Assembly: GCF_026210795.1 (NCBI RefSeq)
Contig: NC_089429.1
Location: 4,154,001 to 4,218,000 of the forward strand
Direction: 5' to 3'
Source of the DNA: Rhizophagus irregularis
Lineage: Eukaryota
DNA: 64,000 nucleotides
Positions 12,946-26,704 of the stretch are shown piece by piece. The position numbers were made by a program, and so were the translations under genes. Position 1 is the first letter of the stretch. The number at the start of each line of letters is the position of its first letter. Under the pieces are notes generated by a model. That model had not been told where the DNA came from, did no database searches, and worked only from the letters and a program-made list of their open reading frames with translations.

Positions 12946-15720
12946 ATGCCAAAACCAAGAAAATATCGTGTTAATAGAGATCGTTCGAAAGTTACTAAAA
13001 GTGGTCCTAAAACTAGAAATTTGGTTGAATGTAAATGTTTATTGCATTGCGGAGGTAGTAAATTGGTGGATCCCAGAACATTTGAGAGACATCGCAAAGA
13101 AATAGAACAACTCCAAGCCATCGCTACCGGATCTCAAGCTTCTTGATCAAGAGAAACCGGCAAAAAACATAACATTTCTAAAGAAAGAAAAAAAAGCAAT
13201 TCTAGCAACAGTTCTAAAGAAAGAAAAAAAAGAAGAACTAGAGTCGTTGAGAATTTATCAGATACTGATGATGATGAAGAATCGGAACGAAATGATGATG
13301 ATGAATCGGAACGAAACGATGATGGTGAATCGGAATGAAACGATGATGAAGAATCGGAATGAAACGATGATGATGAAAACGATAATGAAACTGATAATGA
13401 GCTGATTGATGGACCGAAAAGACGAAAATGCCACAATAAGTTTCGTGATGTAAATCTTGAACAACCTAATAAACTGGAACCAGTTCAACTTGAAGATAAA
13501 GTACTGAGCGATGATGATGGAGCTTCTACTACAGATGAGGACGATGTTCTGATTGAAGAATTTACTGCTTCCGATTTTAATGATCTTGAGTCAGACCATG
13601 AATATTTTGACACGAACATTAATTTTAATGATTCGTGGATACTTCTGTGGATATTCAAATACCAAGCGAGATTTCGTGTTCCGGATGTTGCTATTGAGTC
13701 ACTTATTAAGTTTTTCAGGATGGTATTATTGGATACCGATCGAACACGTTTTAAAAATTTCCCTACAAGTTTTTATATGACAAAAAAACTTTTAGGAATT
13801 AATAAACGAGATAGGACATGTGTGGTATGTTCTGAATGCAACACTCTGTATAAAATATCAGAAATTTTGCCAGGAAATCCACAAAATGAGACAAATACCG
13901 GATTCCAATGCACTCATGTGGAATTTCCTAACCATCCTATGTGTAATAAAAGGCGGATATGTGGAACAGAATTAACTAATAAAGTCCCGGTAGTTAATGG
14001 ATTTGTCTGAAGACCCAGAATGTTATATCTGATACTATCTTTGAAAAAGCAATTGACTGTGATGTATCAACGCCCAGGCTTTGAAGAATCACTTCAGAAA
14101 TGGACAAATCAGAGAAATAAACCAGGCTTATACACTGATATTTACGATGGAGATGTATGGAAAAGCTTTCCATCTTCCTTAAACAACCCGGATACTCGAT
14201 TTTTTACAAATGAGACGGCCGATTCTAATCTTGGGATCATGATTAATTTAGACTGGTTCCAGCCATTTAATTTATCAGCTTACAGTTCTGGTGTTATCTA
14301 TGGGGTCATATGTAATCTTCCCCGTGATATTAGATTTAAATGAGAAAACATGCTATATCTTGGACTTCTCCTAGGACCGGAAGAAGTAAAATTACTAGGG
14401 TTCCGCAATTTGATTTGACATTTGACATTTGATTTGAATTTGATTTGAATTTGATTTGATTTAACAAATTCAAATTAGTGTCATATTTGATTTGATTTGA
14501 TTTTGAGGAACCCTAAAAATTACACAAGATTAATCATTTTCTTAGTCCAATTGTCGACGAATTGTTAGAATTCTGGGATGGCGTCGATCTACCATCTGGT
14601 AAAAGAATTCGGATTGCCGTAATTTGCTGCAGCAATGATATACCAGCTGCTAGAAAATTATGTGGACATATTTCGGCACTAGTCGGTTGTCATCGATGCT
14701 ACAAAACAGCCAATAGCAGCGAAAGAAGGTTTAATTTTGGTGGGTTTGACGATATGGATGATTGGTACATTTCCAGAGATCCAAATGAGCATTGACAAAA
14801 TGCCGAACTTTGGAAACAGTGCAGAACTCAGGAAGAAAGAAAAAAACATGTTTCTGACACTCACGTGCAGTGGTCGGAAATGCTAAGATTGATTTATTTC
14901 AACCCGATAAGACATCTTATTGTCGATCCAATGCACTGTTTATTACTGGGGATTGCTTATTGGATCGTAAAGAAATTATGGATAGATAGCGGAAAAATCA
15001 CTAAAAAGGACCTTGAATTATTAATGGAAAGAAGAGCAAATGCTCTTAAAGTACCAGCGGATATCGGAAGGATTCTGTATAAAATAGCAACTGGGAAAGG
15101 GTTTTCTGGATTTACGGCTGATCAATGGAAATCGTTTATTTTAATTTACGCGACTCCATTGATGTGGGATCTTCTAGATACTTCCGATCGTGAAATATTA
15201 GCAAATTTTGTAAGAGCTTGCTCTTTGCTTGTCTGTCGAATTATCGCCACCAATGCATTGCGCGAAGCTCATAGCCGATTGCTTCAAGTAGCTCGTTTAA
15301 TTAAAACGTATTACGGAAAAGAGATGATAACTCCAAACATCCATTTATCACTCCATATTGTCGATTGTTGCCATGATTATGGCCCATTATATTCTTTCTG
15401 GTGTTACTCGTTTGAAAGAATGAACAGATTATTAGGTAAATATATATATAAATCGGTATAAGTTATCGGTATAAGTTAAATTTAATAAATGGTATAAATG
15501 AATTAATTTATTTATCATCTTGCTGTAGGTTCTTTTCCAAATAGTAAGCGAGCTATTGAACTAGAATTGATGCGAATCATCACGCAAAATTCACGGCTAA
15601 ATTGCCTAATATCCGCCTAATCAGATAATCCAAAATTGATGGAAGCATTATCTCTGGTACAAAATAGGCCAACTACTGGAAGTTTAGCGGCTTACGATGG
15701 GTTCGATTTTGCTGAACTTT
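12946..15720 (+). pseudogene. CACTA/EnSpm (Tnp2/Transposase_21-like) DDE transposase with multiple stops and a MITE insertion
   Basis: IYDGDVW, NLDWFQPF, ICNLP, SNDIPAARKLCGH..CHRC, VDPMH, FTADQWK, TPNIHLSLH, FWCYSFERMN. Confidence 0.9.
14396..14515. mobile_element. 120-bp hAT-type MITE, TIR TAGGGTTCC, 8-bp TSD AAAATTAC
   Basis: TSD at 14388-14395 and 14516-14523; internal ATTTG repeats; removing it restores GPEEVKLHKINHFL. Confidence 0.92.
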
Positions 15721-17078
15721 AAGTTATAAATAATAATAAACTACTGTATGCAGATAATAATATAATATAAGAAAAAAAAAGGGTTTTTTTTAGCCGGTCT
15801 AAACAAAAACAACAAAGGTTACACAAGATGATAAACGAAGTTACACGCGTAGTAAGAATGGAAGGAAGGGAAAAATGCCAAGCTCTGGGCAATCTCCACA
15901 AGAATAATCAGGACAATAACGCGTCCTCAATACAATACACAAGTGATGAATGGTCACAACAACAAAAACAAAAAGAATATTTAGTGGGTGGTGAAGCAGA
16001 CAATGATATACACCCAGAAACAAATGAAATAACGTTTGAAAAGAGGGATTTCTGAAAGGATCAAGACAACATAGAAGAAGTAGTCGAGTCTTTGACAAAC
16101 GAAGAAAGTATTAACGCATTCTTAGCAAGACAAAGGCTAAGATTTGTTAAGGGAAATTGAATGACCAAGAGACGAAAAATTCAATGTTTTTAGAAATGCA
16201 CATTGCAGCACATAATATAGATGGGATTGCTAGTGTCCCGTCTATACAGAAACTTCATAATTTATTGGAATTTGGTAAAGAAAATAATATCGACACTATA
16301 GCTATATCAGAAACCAATACAGACTATCATCAGGAATATTTTATAAACCAGGACATTAAGTCAAAGGTCTATTCGATAATCTTTAGTGAACGTGATCAAA
16401 AAACTAAGGGATCGGGAACGGCACTTGTGATCCATAACAAATGGATGAAACATTATTACTCAGTAGTACGCATATCTCCATATATTCTAGTAGTTAAATT
16501 TTTATTCATACAGAGAGAAATATGGGTCTGGTCAATATACGCCGCTCCTAACAATCAAAACATGAGAAAAAATTTGATTGACGAATTGATAATAGCTATG
16601 GAGGGACATGACCGATCAGTTCACAACACCGTAGTATTGCATGTTGTTTTAGGAGATTTCAATGACACAATTAACAATAGGATAGACCGATCATCCAGTA
16701 CCGGACAACCAGGATCTCAATTCTTAATACAACTATCGCAATTAGGTCTTTATGATGTGTGTAGAAGTCTTTATCCGGATGCAGAAATATTCACACATGA
16801 GAAATGGGATAAAAATAAAAGCAAATCAGGTCCTATTTCAAAATCGAGGATTGATCAAATCTGGATCACACATGAACCCGATGTGATTCCAGTAGAGTTT
16901 TCGGTGCATTCATCACAGATGATCACCAACAGTCATCATAGTATAATTTCAACAACACTAAACATATCAGGATTCATTAGGAATAATTTCCGGCATTGCG
17001 TCCCAGATCAATTACAGGATCCAGATTTAGGAGATAAACATCAAAACAAACGAATAGTAGATTTCAGTAAAATAACCA
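15721..17078 (+). mobile_element. Non-LTR retrotransposon fragment with APE/EEP endonuclease (ORF 16157-17083), 3' truncated
   Basis: HNIDG, AISETN, GSGTAL, IYAAP, LGDFND, SRIDQIW, SHH motifs; no introns; no reverse transcriptase follows. Confidence 0.85.
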
Positions 17079-17624
17079 GCTGATATATATAGCTTCGGTA
17101 TGATTATGTATTTTATAGCAACTAAAAGACAACCTTTTCAAAATCGTGCTCATGATCACTATCTAGCATTAGATATATGTAAGGACAATACAAGACCTAG
17201 TATAAATGATTTAGAAGTACCAGAATGTTATATTGATTTAATGAAAAGATGTTGGGATCCAGATCCGAAGAATAGGCCAAATGTTAAGGAAACATGTGAT
17301 TTGATTGAATTATTTCATAAGTCATATACAACTAAATATAGTAAATCTCCTGAAATCAAACAACAATTCGAAGAAGTAGAAAAGCATAGAAAATCAAATC
17401 TTCCAACTAAATCTCAAATCAAGAAAATCAGAAAACTAAAAAAGCAAAAAGAAGTTCTGGAACAGCATGAAGAAGAAAATTCTACACCTAATAAAAATGA
17501 TGAAAATGATGAAAATGATGAATATGACGAAAATGATCAATCAGATACTCATCCACAAGCTATTTATACGTCTAGATTACTTAATAATTCATTTATTTCT
17601 GAAGGTTTAGACATGGCAATTTGA
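17079..17624 (+). pseudogene. TKL protein kinase C-lobe fragment
   Basis: ADIYSFGMIMY...RQPF...RP...PECYIDLMKRCWDPDPKNRP...HPQAIYTSRLL; the 5' part is replaced by the LINE fragment. Confidence 0.9.
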
Positions 17625-19051
17625 TAAAGCAAATGATGTTTATAATAGGTACGGTATATTTTCCATTTTCATATGCTTTCTTGTTTGGATGGTTTAATGA
17701 TGGACGCGAATATCTTGCGATCGTTAAATTTATGTTTATCCTTTGCATGAACCTGTTGCTTTTACTTTTTCTTCTTAACAATACCATTTTCTTATAGCTG
17801 GAATAATGGCGATGACATTTGATGACGCATTTGTCAGTATCATAGGTTTAAGGTAGAGTATACTCGCTTAATAGTTTTGCATTTCGTTATAATAAACTAA
17901 TCGATTTTTTTTTCGCGATGGATTTTGTTAATTTTTGGTTATTAGAACTTGAGAATATAGAAATTGCTTTCCCTTCTTATTAATTCCTGATTTTTCTTGC
18001 TTTATCTTCTTATTCTTTTTGCTTTTTATTTCTAAACTTTCTTTTATTTATCTTTAGCTTTTTATCAATTTTTTTTTCATTTTATTTAAATATTAAATTT
18101 AAGGTAACAATTTGTCTAAATTTTTTATTAAAATTCTATTTTGTTTAATAAATACTGAGTGATTTAACCGTACTTTTGGGATTGGCAAAGGCGATCAAAA
18201 GTCTTATATTATATAAAGTTCTTAAATTGTGATCTATCAATTATTTTAAATTACATAATAAACCGTATGATTATTAATGATACTCATTTAAAAATAACAA
18301 GTTATAAACCAAGATAAATTATCGACGATTTATAGAGGACTATAACATCATCGAAATCATCTCTTTGTCATCGATAGCATGTGAAATTACAGATTAAGGA
18401 TGTCGGTTCTCAATTATAATCACATGACAAAATATCAACCAATCAAGCCAAACTGACAAATTTATCATACAATGGTCAGCTGCTCTTGCACAAATGGTCA
18501 GCATATCTTTTATTCATATATATATTCACATATGGGCACACTTCATCTGTATAACTTCATCGTTTTTGGTTTAAGAGGTTAGAATTTAAAGATATAGAAA
18601 ATCACATGATAATTTATTACAATCAATATGGCAAATCGTAACACTAATTTTCTGTGTAATGTAAACTTATGTAATACTTAATGTGAAAGGATGAAACTTA
18701 TATGGTTAGAAAGCCACGAACCAGGAGAATACTTTTTAAACTTAAAAAGTCATATTATTTACAGCCCTTTTTTAAAAACCTTCGTATGAAGTTGCGAATG
18801 GGCTTTTTATTTTGCGAATGGGCAAATAGGATTTTTATTGGCTCCCTGTTTACTGGCGTCGACTCATTAGAAAAACTCGTAATACCCTAGTATGTTTTAT
18901 TGAAAGCGTTGCAATTTGCAAAATTTATTTAATTATTCGTATATATTTAATTTTAAATAAAAAATTAATGTATTCTGAAGAAAGAAATATTTTGTACAAA
19001 TTATTAAATTTAAATTTATTATATATTATTTAAATTTATTATGTATTCTTT

Positions 19052-21316
19052 TTATTTTTTACGCGTCCAATAATACCATGAATCTATAATAGCCCTCTCC
19101 CTTGCTCCTTCTTTGAGTCCTATTATAAACACATTCATTGACAAGGTTTGTGCATTTGGTGAAGAATAGTAAAGTGAGATTTTTTATTCTACGTAACCAC
19201 GTACTATCAAATCTGCAAGCATATAGCCTGCCAATTCTTTTGGTTTTCCAAATTTTGGTTTTCGGCCGCTTTTATATACTTGCAACTCAGTCAAGCCTAA
19301 TTCTCGAATTTTTTTAGTATTCGATTTACAAAAAACATCCACTATATCATCTTCAGTAATTTCACAATTATTACTATAATTCATTTCTTCAACAGTATCT
19401 AATAAATGAAGAATATCCTCTACACAATTTTCATAAGTAGGTTGTTCTTTAATCCGATTTTTACAATTATCACATTTCAAACAAGGAGAAGGAACATTAT
19501 CTCCATTCCAAAGATAATAACGATTAATTATTTGACTTCTGCATTCATATTGGTTTCGGCAAAATAAAAGAACTTCGTGAATTTTGTGTACACTGATATC
19601 AAGGTAAAGTTTTCGTTCACGTTCTTGATCAGTCATATTTTGTATATCAAAACAACTAGTTTTAAATATACAATAATAAAGTTTTAATTCTCTCTTTATT
19701 TATGTAAAATAGTACAACTTTTAAATTTGTAATAGATAGTATTTGATAAAATTTACTTAAGCAACTCACGTTTCTCGATTTTCAGCCAAAATTCCAAAGT
19801 TTGTTCTTAGATCTTTCTTTATTGAATAAAACATCACACTTCTGGCTTCATTACCATCACGTCCTGCTCGTCCAATTTCTTGTATCAAATTTGCTATATA
19901 CAAAAAAAAATATGAGAAGGTGTGTAAAATAATAATTATAACATAATTACTTACTCATATTTAAAGGAGCTACACAATGTACTATTAGGTAAACATCGGA
20001 AGAATTGATACCCATGCCAAATGCATTGGTCCCAATCATTATTTGAATTTTACCATCTTTCCAATGCGATATAATGCTTTGACGTTGCTCATCTCCTATT
20101 CCTCCATGATACACGCCCAAATTTTTATCTGGTAATAGTGGTTGCAATGTCGCAAAAAGATCATCACACCCTAATTGTGTTGCACAATAAATAATAATTC
20201 TTCCTCTTTCATGCTTCTTAATTAAACTTATAAGATCATTTGAAAAGATTTCACGATTATCTCTTCTTTTATAAACTTCTATAGTTATTTCTTTGCGTTC
20301 AAAAGAAGAACCCCGAATCATAGCAAAATTTTCTGATGGTATTTCAAGAGATGTGTGGATATCTTGGGCGTCTTTATATGTGCACGTAGCAGTTAAAAGC
20401 ATAATAGGGACTATAGGCCAATTTTTTTTCAATAGTCCTAAATTTTTCCACGATTCTCTATTAAAAAAGAATTATTAAATTTAATTATCACTAAATTAAG
20501 CAAGCTATTTTCGTAAGTAACTTACCTAAAATTACCATAATCTAGAATACAATGAGCTTCATCAATCACAAAACGCACTTTTGCTTTACTATACATATTA
20601 CTAATAAAATTTTGAAATTCTTTATTTAAGCAAAGTTTCTCAGAAGTGATGAATAATATTTTTGTAAAACCAAGGGCAATCTCTTCAAATATCTTTTCTT
20701 GTTCGCTTCTACCTTGTATTGTGTTTGCATAAATTGAAGCACATGGTATACCAATTTGTATTAATTCTCGCTATTAAAATAAAATGTAATTATGTAAATA
20801 ATAATTTAATAATTTGCAACGAACTACTGATAAATGAGATAAACGATTACTTACTTTCTGATCTTCCATCAAAGCTTTTAACGGGCTAATAACTATTGTT
20901 ATTCCTTCAAAAATTAGTGCGCAAATTACATAACACAATGTCTTTCCTCTTCCTGTTTTGATTGATACAAGTGTATCTTTGCCATTTAAATATGACTCTA
21001 TAGCCTCAAGTTGTCCTTCACGCAAATGATCGTATCCAAACACTTTTTTCACAGCTAATTTTATTAACTCCTTTAACTCCAAAATATTTTTCTCGCCACT
21101 AGGAGTATAATTTTTATTCAGCAAGCGTTCCCACCAACCTGCTAAGACATAAAAGGAGCACAAAGAACATAAACCAGAAACAGTTTTCTTTCGAAATGAA
21201 GAACACCCTTGGCACTTAATAATTACATTAAAATCTGTAATTAATTTTGCAAAGGAAGGATAAAATGAATTTGCGCGTATTCTTTCTTCTGCTTTGTACT
21301 TGTAAGGAATCAATTC
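19052..21316 (-). pseudogene. RecQ-family SF2 helicase moiety (Zn finger, helicase core, RQC)
   Basis: REGQLEAI, TGRGKT, SPLKALMEDQ, IDEAHC, LTAT, IIYC, YHGG, TNAFGMGIN, QEIGRAGRDG, CR...CLKCDNC; one internal stop near the 3' end. Confidence 0.92.
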
Positions 21317-21384
21317 CTATATGCAAAGGTATACTATATTAAAAAATAGATAAATATTACATTTTAAATATATTTTTAGCCAAC

Positions 21385-23923
21385 CTGGCTAAAATCAAAT
21401 CCTTGCAATTCTTGCTGATCATTAGCATAATTCACAGCACGTTCTTGATTTCGTTTATCTATAACATTTCGATTATGATGTAATTGACCTTGACGTTGTC
21501 TAACCAACTTGCTTATATTATACTGATCATTTGTACTGAATTTATTCACTTTAGCAGCCTTACGCACACCTTCCATCATACAATCAAGCCCTTCATTGTT
21601 ATCTATAACAGCTAAAGCATATCGTGCTTTATAAGAAGCCCAAAAATCAATTCTCTTATCAACAAATCACAAGATTTTTCGGTTAAAAGCTTCATTATAG
21701 GCTGTTCGGTGACAAGTAACAAGACTTTGTTGAATAGGAAGCTTAAAAATCGTTAAAAGCATTTTCCGAAATCCTTCAATCTCCATTTCTGTAAAAGATT
21801 GTAATGTTGGAGTTTGCAATTGTAGCTCTTCATTTTCCTTATACCAACAAACTTCTTTCTAGCAAAGATCATGATTATTGAGCAGATGTTGGATTAAACC
21901 TTCTACTTGGATGTAACGCAATTCTTCATTAGTTGGTGTATTTGGATCATCATTTTTTTTTCGCAAGCCAGCAGTAAATACACATCCATTAAAATATCTC
22001 ATTATATGCTGCTCAAATCTGTGATAACGAGCATATTGTTTTTTTACTATTGCAAAATAATAAAAAGTAAATAGAACGATAATAATATTTGACTTTTAAT
22101 AGATTAATAAATAAACAATAACAAACATAAGTTTTTTCGAATATTTTTGCTTGCATGTTTAAGGTCCGCATAAATTTCTGATACAATAGGAACATTGGCT
22201 AAAGTTTTGTTGGAATCTAAATCTCCATCAATACAAACTTCAAGTAAAAGGTCAGACTTTTCTAATACTGGAATTATCTGTTCCAAAAGTGTGATTAAAA
22301 TTGTATGTTCCATTTGGCGAAAACTGGCGTCAAAATTGCCTTTATGTACCACAACTTTTTCCTCTGAAGTTCCATCTTTTCCTTTTTTAGTGATGACACG
22401 AGACTTTTCTACTACATGAAAAGCAACAACAGCTTTGTGCCCGTAATCTTATGAAAATAAAAATAAAATTAATCAAGATTAATAAAAAATCAAATTTGAT
22501 TTTATATAAATTTACCTTCAAGATCTTCCAAATAAATAAATTCTCCACTAGCTTGTTTTGCATTGCGAGAATGGGACCAAGAGCAGTCAAATCCAATAGT
22601 TAAAGCTTTTTTTCCTTTTGCAACAGTATGAGTTATAGCAGCATTTAACGCCTGTTTAGCAGATTCTTCAGCTTTTAATATAAGAGTAGGAAACATACGA
22701 TATTGATATTGATGATAGGAACTCTTACAACTCTGAGCAGTAATACCCATAACCGCCAATGCAGTTTGCATAGTATAATGATTCATTCCACCTGCTAAAG
22801 TTGATGCCGCAACTATATGTGAAAAATTGGTTCCTTTAGATTGATTAGAATATGAATCCATCGTACCACATAGCTGACAATCTACGTCAATTGTAACATT
22901 AAACCCAACACAAGATACATGATATGATTTATTTTGAAAATTTGTATTATAACAATGACTACAGGGATGCAAAAGTACTAAAGAAAAGTATTGTTCTGTA
23001 CTAATTAATATCGTTGATCCCAATTTTTTTTCATTTAAAATATTATCCACAGCTTCTTTTATTCTTTCAGATTTTTCATTTAAATCAATTTTATTATTAA
23101 AATCAGAATTTTCATTTTGAAGTTGATCAATTTTAGTTTTTAGCCGTTTGATATTGCGATTAGCGTTATAATATGTTGATTTGTATTTTTCGTGCATTAC
23201 CATAAGGGCTTGTGTAAATTTTGGAGAAAGAATTTTTCCACTTTCTTCCAATTTAATTCCATGAACAATTGAATCTTTTTCATTAAGCTGCTCAAGTTCA
23301 GAACTTTTTCGTTTAAGACTACGGACCAGAGTCTCTTCTTTTGAAGTTGATAGTGTAGGAGATTGAAAATTTAAATTTTGACAAGAAAAACGATGGGAAA
23401 ATACCTTATGAACTGTATTTTGCAACATTGCTACAATGGTATGATCATTAAACCCTAAAACTGAGGCAAGTGAAATATTTTTTATATTATACTGTTTTAT
23501 CATTAGATAAAATCCTAATGTTTCCCGACCTTGAGCATTACATTTAGTAAATGTAAAGTCTTCACCAAATTCTTGCCAAAAAAATTGCAAAGATTCTCCA
23601 TTTCTCTCAATAGAAAGTTTAAAAAAAAAACCACCTAAAGAAGTATAAATGATATAACCTGGCAATAATGGAACCCATGATTTTTCGTTAAGAATATTAT
23701 TTTGCAAATGTATATAACCAACATTTATATTTTTTTGCCGAGTTTTTTCAAGTTCATTATGGAAGTTTTTGGGTATAATAAATTCTGACAGTTCTTTATG
23801 AAGTGGTAATACTTCGAATTTAGAAGAAAAGTCAATAACAAACCAGCTTCTATTTATTCTTTTATAACTTTGATATTTAGAAGGATTTTTTTGGACGATA
23901 AGGTCATACCAGTTACGTGTCAT
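21385..23923 (-). pseudogene. Kolobok/Mutator-like DDE transposase moiety with two nonsense codons
   Basis: CxxC...CxxC, GFDCSWSHSRNA, IDGDLD, DLKH, TAYNEAFN motifs across GT-AG exons; TAG near 21860 and TGA near 21668. Confidence 0.75.
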
Positions 23924-24261
23924 ATTGCTATATGTCTATATAAAAGTGTATAGGATAGACCGATAAACCTGTTTGAAAACTTGTTTTTTCAGACGCGTTA
24001 ATTGAGTTGATACGTGTACCCGGTTTTCAGAACCTCATGTGATCAACAAAAATTTGCCACTGCGTATATATAAAAAATGATCGACATATACTATACCTTT
24101 AATTTAAATTATTTCTTTTGTTTTACTTGTTAAAAATTTCAATGCACTTAAATCATTTTTTTTTTTTAATATTATAGAGCAGAAAATTCATGGTACGATA
24201 AATTTGATTCATAAAATTTGTAAAAAAAAATATATATTAAATCATGTTATGTGCTCTTTTA

Positions 24262-26245
24262 GGTAATATAAGCTTCAGCTATTGAACCTAAAGACATGCT
24301 AGATAAAACACAGGCAAAATTTAAATTTGTCGTACTTGGTCTTTTAATTAAAATTTATTTAATCATTTATATTTACAATTGTTATAGTTGGAGTTACCAT
24401 TTGGACTTCAAAACCTCGGTAATACTGGTTATATGAATTCAACCTTACAATGTCTTCGAGTCATTCCAGAATTGCAGGAATCTCTTAATAGGTAAACATA
24501 ATTTACGTAAATAATGTACTGTAAATAATGAATGTAAATAATGTAACAATTTACTAAAAAATAATTGATAATCAACAATTATCCATATTTTTAATTTTTT
24601 TTTTCGGTACGATCAAATCATTATATTTTACATAGGTTTACAAGTGGATCTTCTGTTGCTGATAAACTTACAATATCTTTACGTGATCTTTATAATAATT
24701 TAAATCAAGCTACTGAAAGTGTTGTTCCATTACATTTTTTACAGGTAATCCGATGAACTATTATCTTTATTTTTTGAAGGAATTTTATTAATGTTTATAT
24801 ATAATATATTTATATTTATATTTAGTTATTTAGAAGTGTTTTCCCTCAATTTGCTCAAAATACTGCTGATGGTTTTATACAGCAAGATGCCGAAGAATGT
24901 TGGACTCAAATTATATCTATTCTAAAGCAAGCAAATATTCCTATACCAAGTCAACATTCTTCAGATGGTGAAAAAGTTTCATCTTCAACAGAGGAATCAT
25001 TTATTGATCATTATATGACAGGCGAATTTACTTCAACGTAAATATATTTTTTATTTTTAAAATAATTTATTATAATTAAATTCATATTATAAATAATTAA
25101 TTAATTTTTGTAGTCTTAAATGTCTTGAAGCCCCTGAAGAAGGAGAGATTGTTATAAAAGAAAATTTTACGAAATTAAACTGCCATATCTCAATATTAGT
25201 AAATTATGTGCAACATGGAATTATGATGGTACAGGATTTAAATCATCTATAATATGGTCTTTTTTATAAAAATCTTTAATTTATTCATATATTTATCTAG
25301 GGTTTAGATGAAAAGATCGAAAAAAATTCTCCTACATTAAGAAGAATGGCGATCTATGATAAAACTACACGTATAAGTCAGTTACCATCATATCTTACAG
25401 TACAATTTGTAAGATTTTTTTGGAAAAGTGATCGAAGGGTTAAAAGTAAAATTTTACATAAAGTAAAATTTCCTATGGAATTAGATGCTACAGACTTTTG
25501 TACTGACGAATTAAAAAATAAAATTTTACCTCTTAAAAATCGTTTACAAGAATTGGAAAAAGAAAGAAAAGGGTCAAAGGTATGATTATTATTATTATTA
25601 TATAGGATAAGATATAGTACGATTATTGAATATTTTTTAAAAAAAATAAAAAAACTCTTAATAATTTAGGAAAGTACACAATTTGCGGTCAATAATAACG
25701 TTCAAGATACAGTAACAGATTCAAAAAATAATGAAATAGTTGAAGAAATCAAAAAACTTATTGATCCCGAACTAAATAAAGATATTGGTGCTAACGTATC
25801 AGGATTATATGAACTTTGTGCAGTTCTTACTCATATTGGAAGATCAGCTGAATCTGGTTAGTTATAATAAATACTACTTCGCTTTTAATTTTAGCTATAT
25901 ATATTTTATTACTTTTTAATAAATTATAAATTTTAGGAAATTATATTGGATGGGTTCGTAAAGAAAATTCTGGTATGAAATAATATCATCTTTTGTAAAA
26001 AAAAATAAAATTGATAAATTTTAGTTTTTATATTTCAAAATTTTAAATTTTTTAAATATTATAGAGGATTGGATTCAATATGATCATTATGATGATGATA
26101 AAGTTAGTATTGTATCTCAAGAAGATATTCTAAAATTGGATGGAGGAGGTAGTATACAACGCTTTTATAAAAAATTTTTTTTTCTGATCAGACTTCAATT
26201 AATCAATTTTTTGTTATAGGTGATTGGCATATTGAATATATTTAA
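24262..26245 (+). CDS. UBP6: Ubp6/USP14-type ubiquitin hydrolase domain, catalytically dead (Cys->Gly, His->Asn), no recognisable UBL domain
   Basis: GLQNLGNTGYMNSTLQ, QQDAEECW, LPSYLTVQFVRFFWK, VKFPMELD, YELCAVLTHIGRSAESGNY, YDDDKV, GGGDWH over about 10 exons; may be a pseudogene. Confidence 0.85.
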
Positions 26246-26704
26246 TTTTTTTTTTTTTTTTTTTAGATAGTGCTAGCATTATTAGTAATTTTGAAAAATT
26301 TAAATTTTATAATTTTACTTTAGTTACTAGACAAATTTTTAAAATTAGTAATAACAACATTATTTGGAAAATAATTATGGATATTATTAAAGAAAATAAT
26401 TTATCTGTTAATATATTTAAAGTTAATGCTCATACAGATGATTCTTTAAATAATTATGTCAACAATATTGTTTCTTTGGCACATAATGATCAAAATTTAG
26501 GAATTAATTTAAATTATAATAATTTTTATGATCTTCCTTGGATTCCTAAATGGAATGGCATAGTTATAGAAAAATCTTTAATTCGTGATCCATGTAACAA
26601 TCGGAGAAAATCATTAACGTTAAATATATCATTTTATATATGAAATAAAAAAACGAAAGAATCTCGCTTGCCATACCCACCTGTACTATCAAACACCGTT
26701 CTAA

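Larger units (their letters stand above)
9722..15720. mobile_element. CACTA/EnSpm-type DNA transposon; left end present, right side truncated by a LINE fragment
   Basis: Starts CACCGGTCAAATGATGACA, then a 30-bp-arm hairpin and CAATCGG/CCGATTG subterminal motifs; contains divergent accessory and transposase genes. Confidence 0.75.
17851..24098 (-). mobile_element. Kolobok-like (KolobokH-type) transposon carrying a RecQ helicase
   Basis: Short TIR AGGTAGAGTATA / AGGTATAGTATA (11 of 12), flanked by TTTA (left) and TTAA (right). The left boundary is less certain. Confidence 0.65.
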
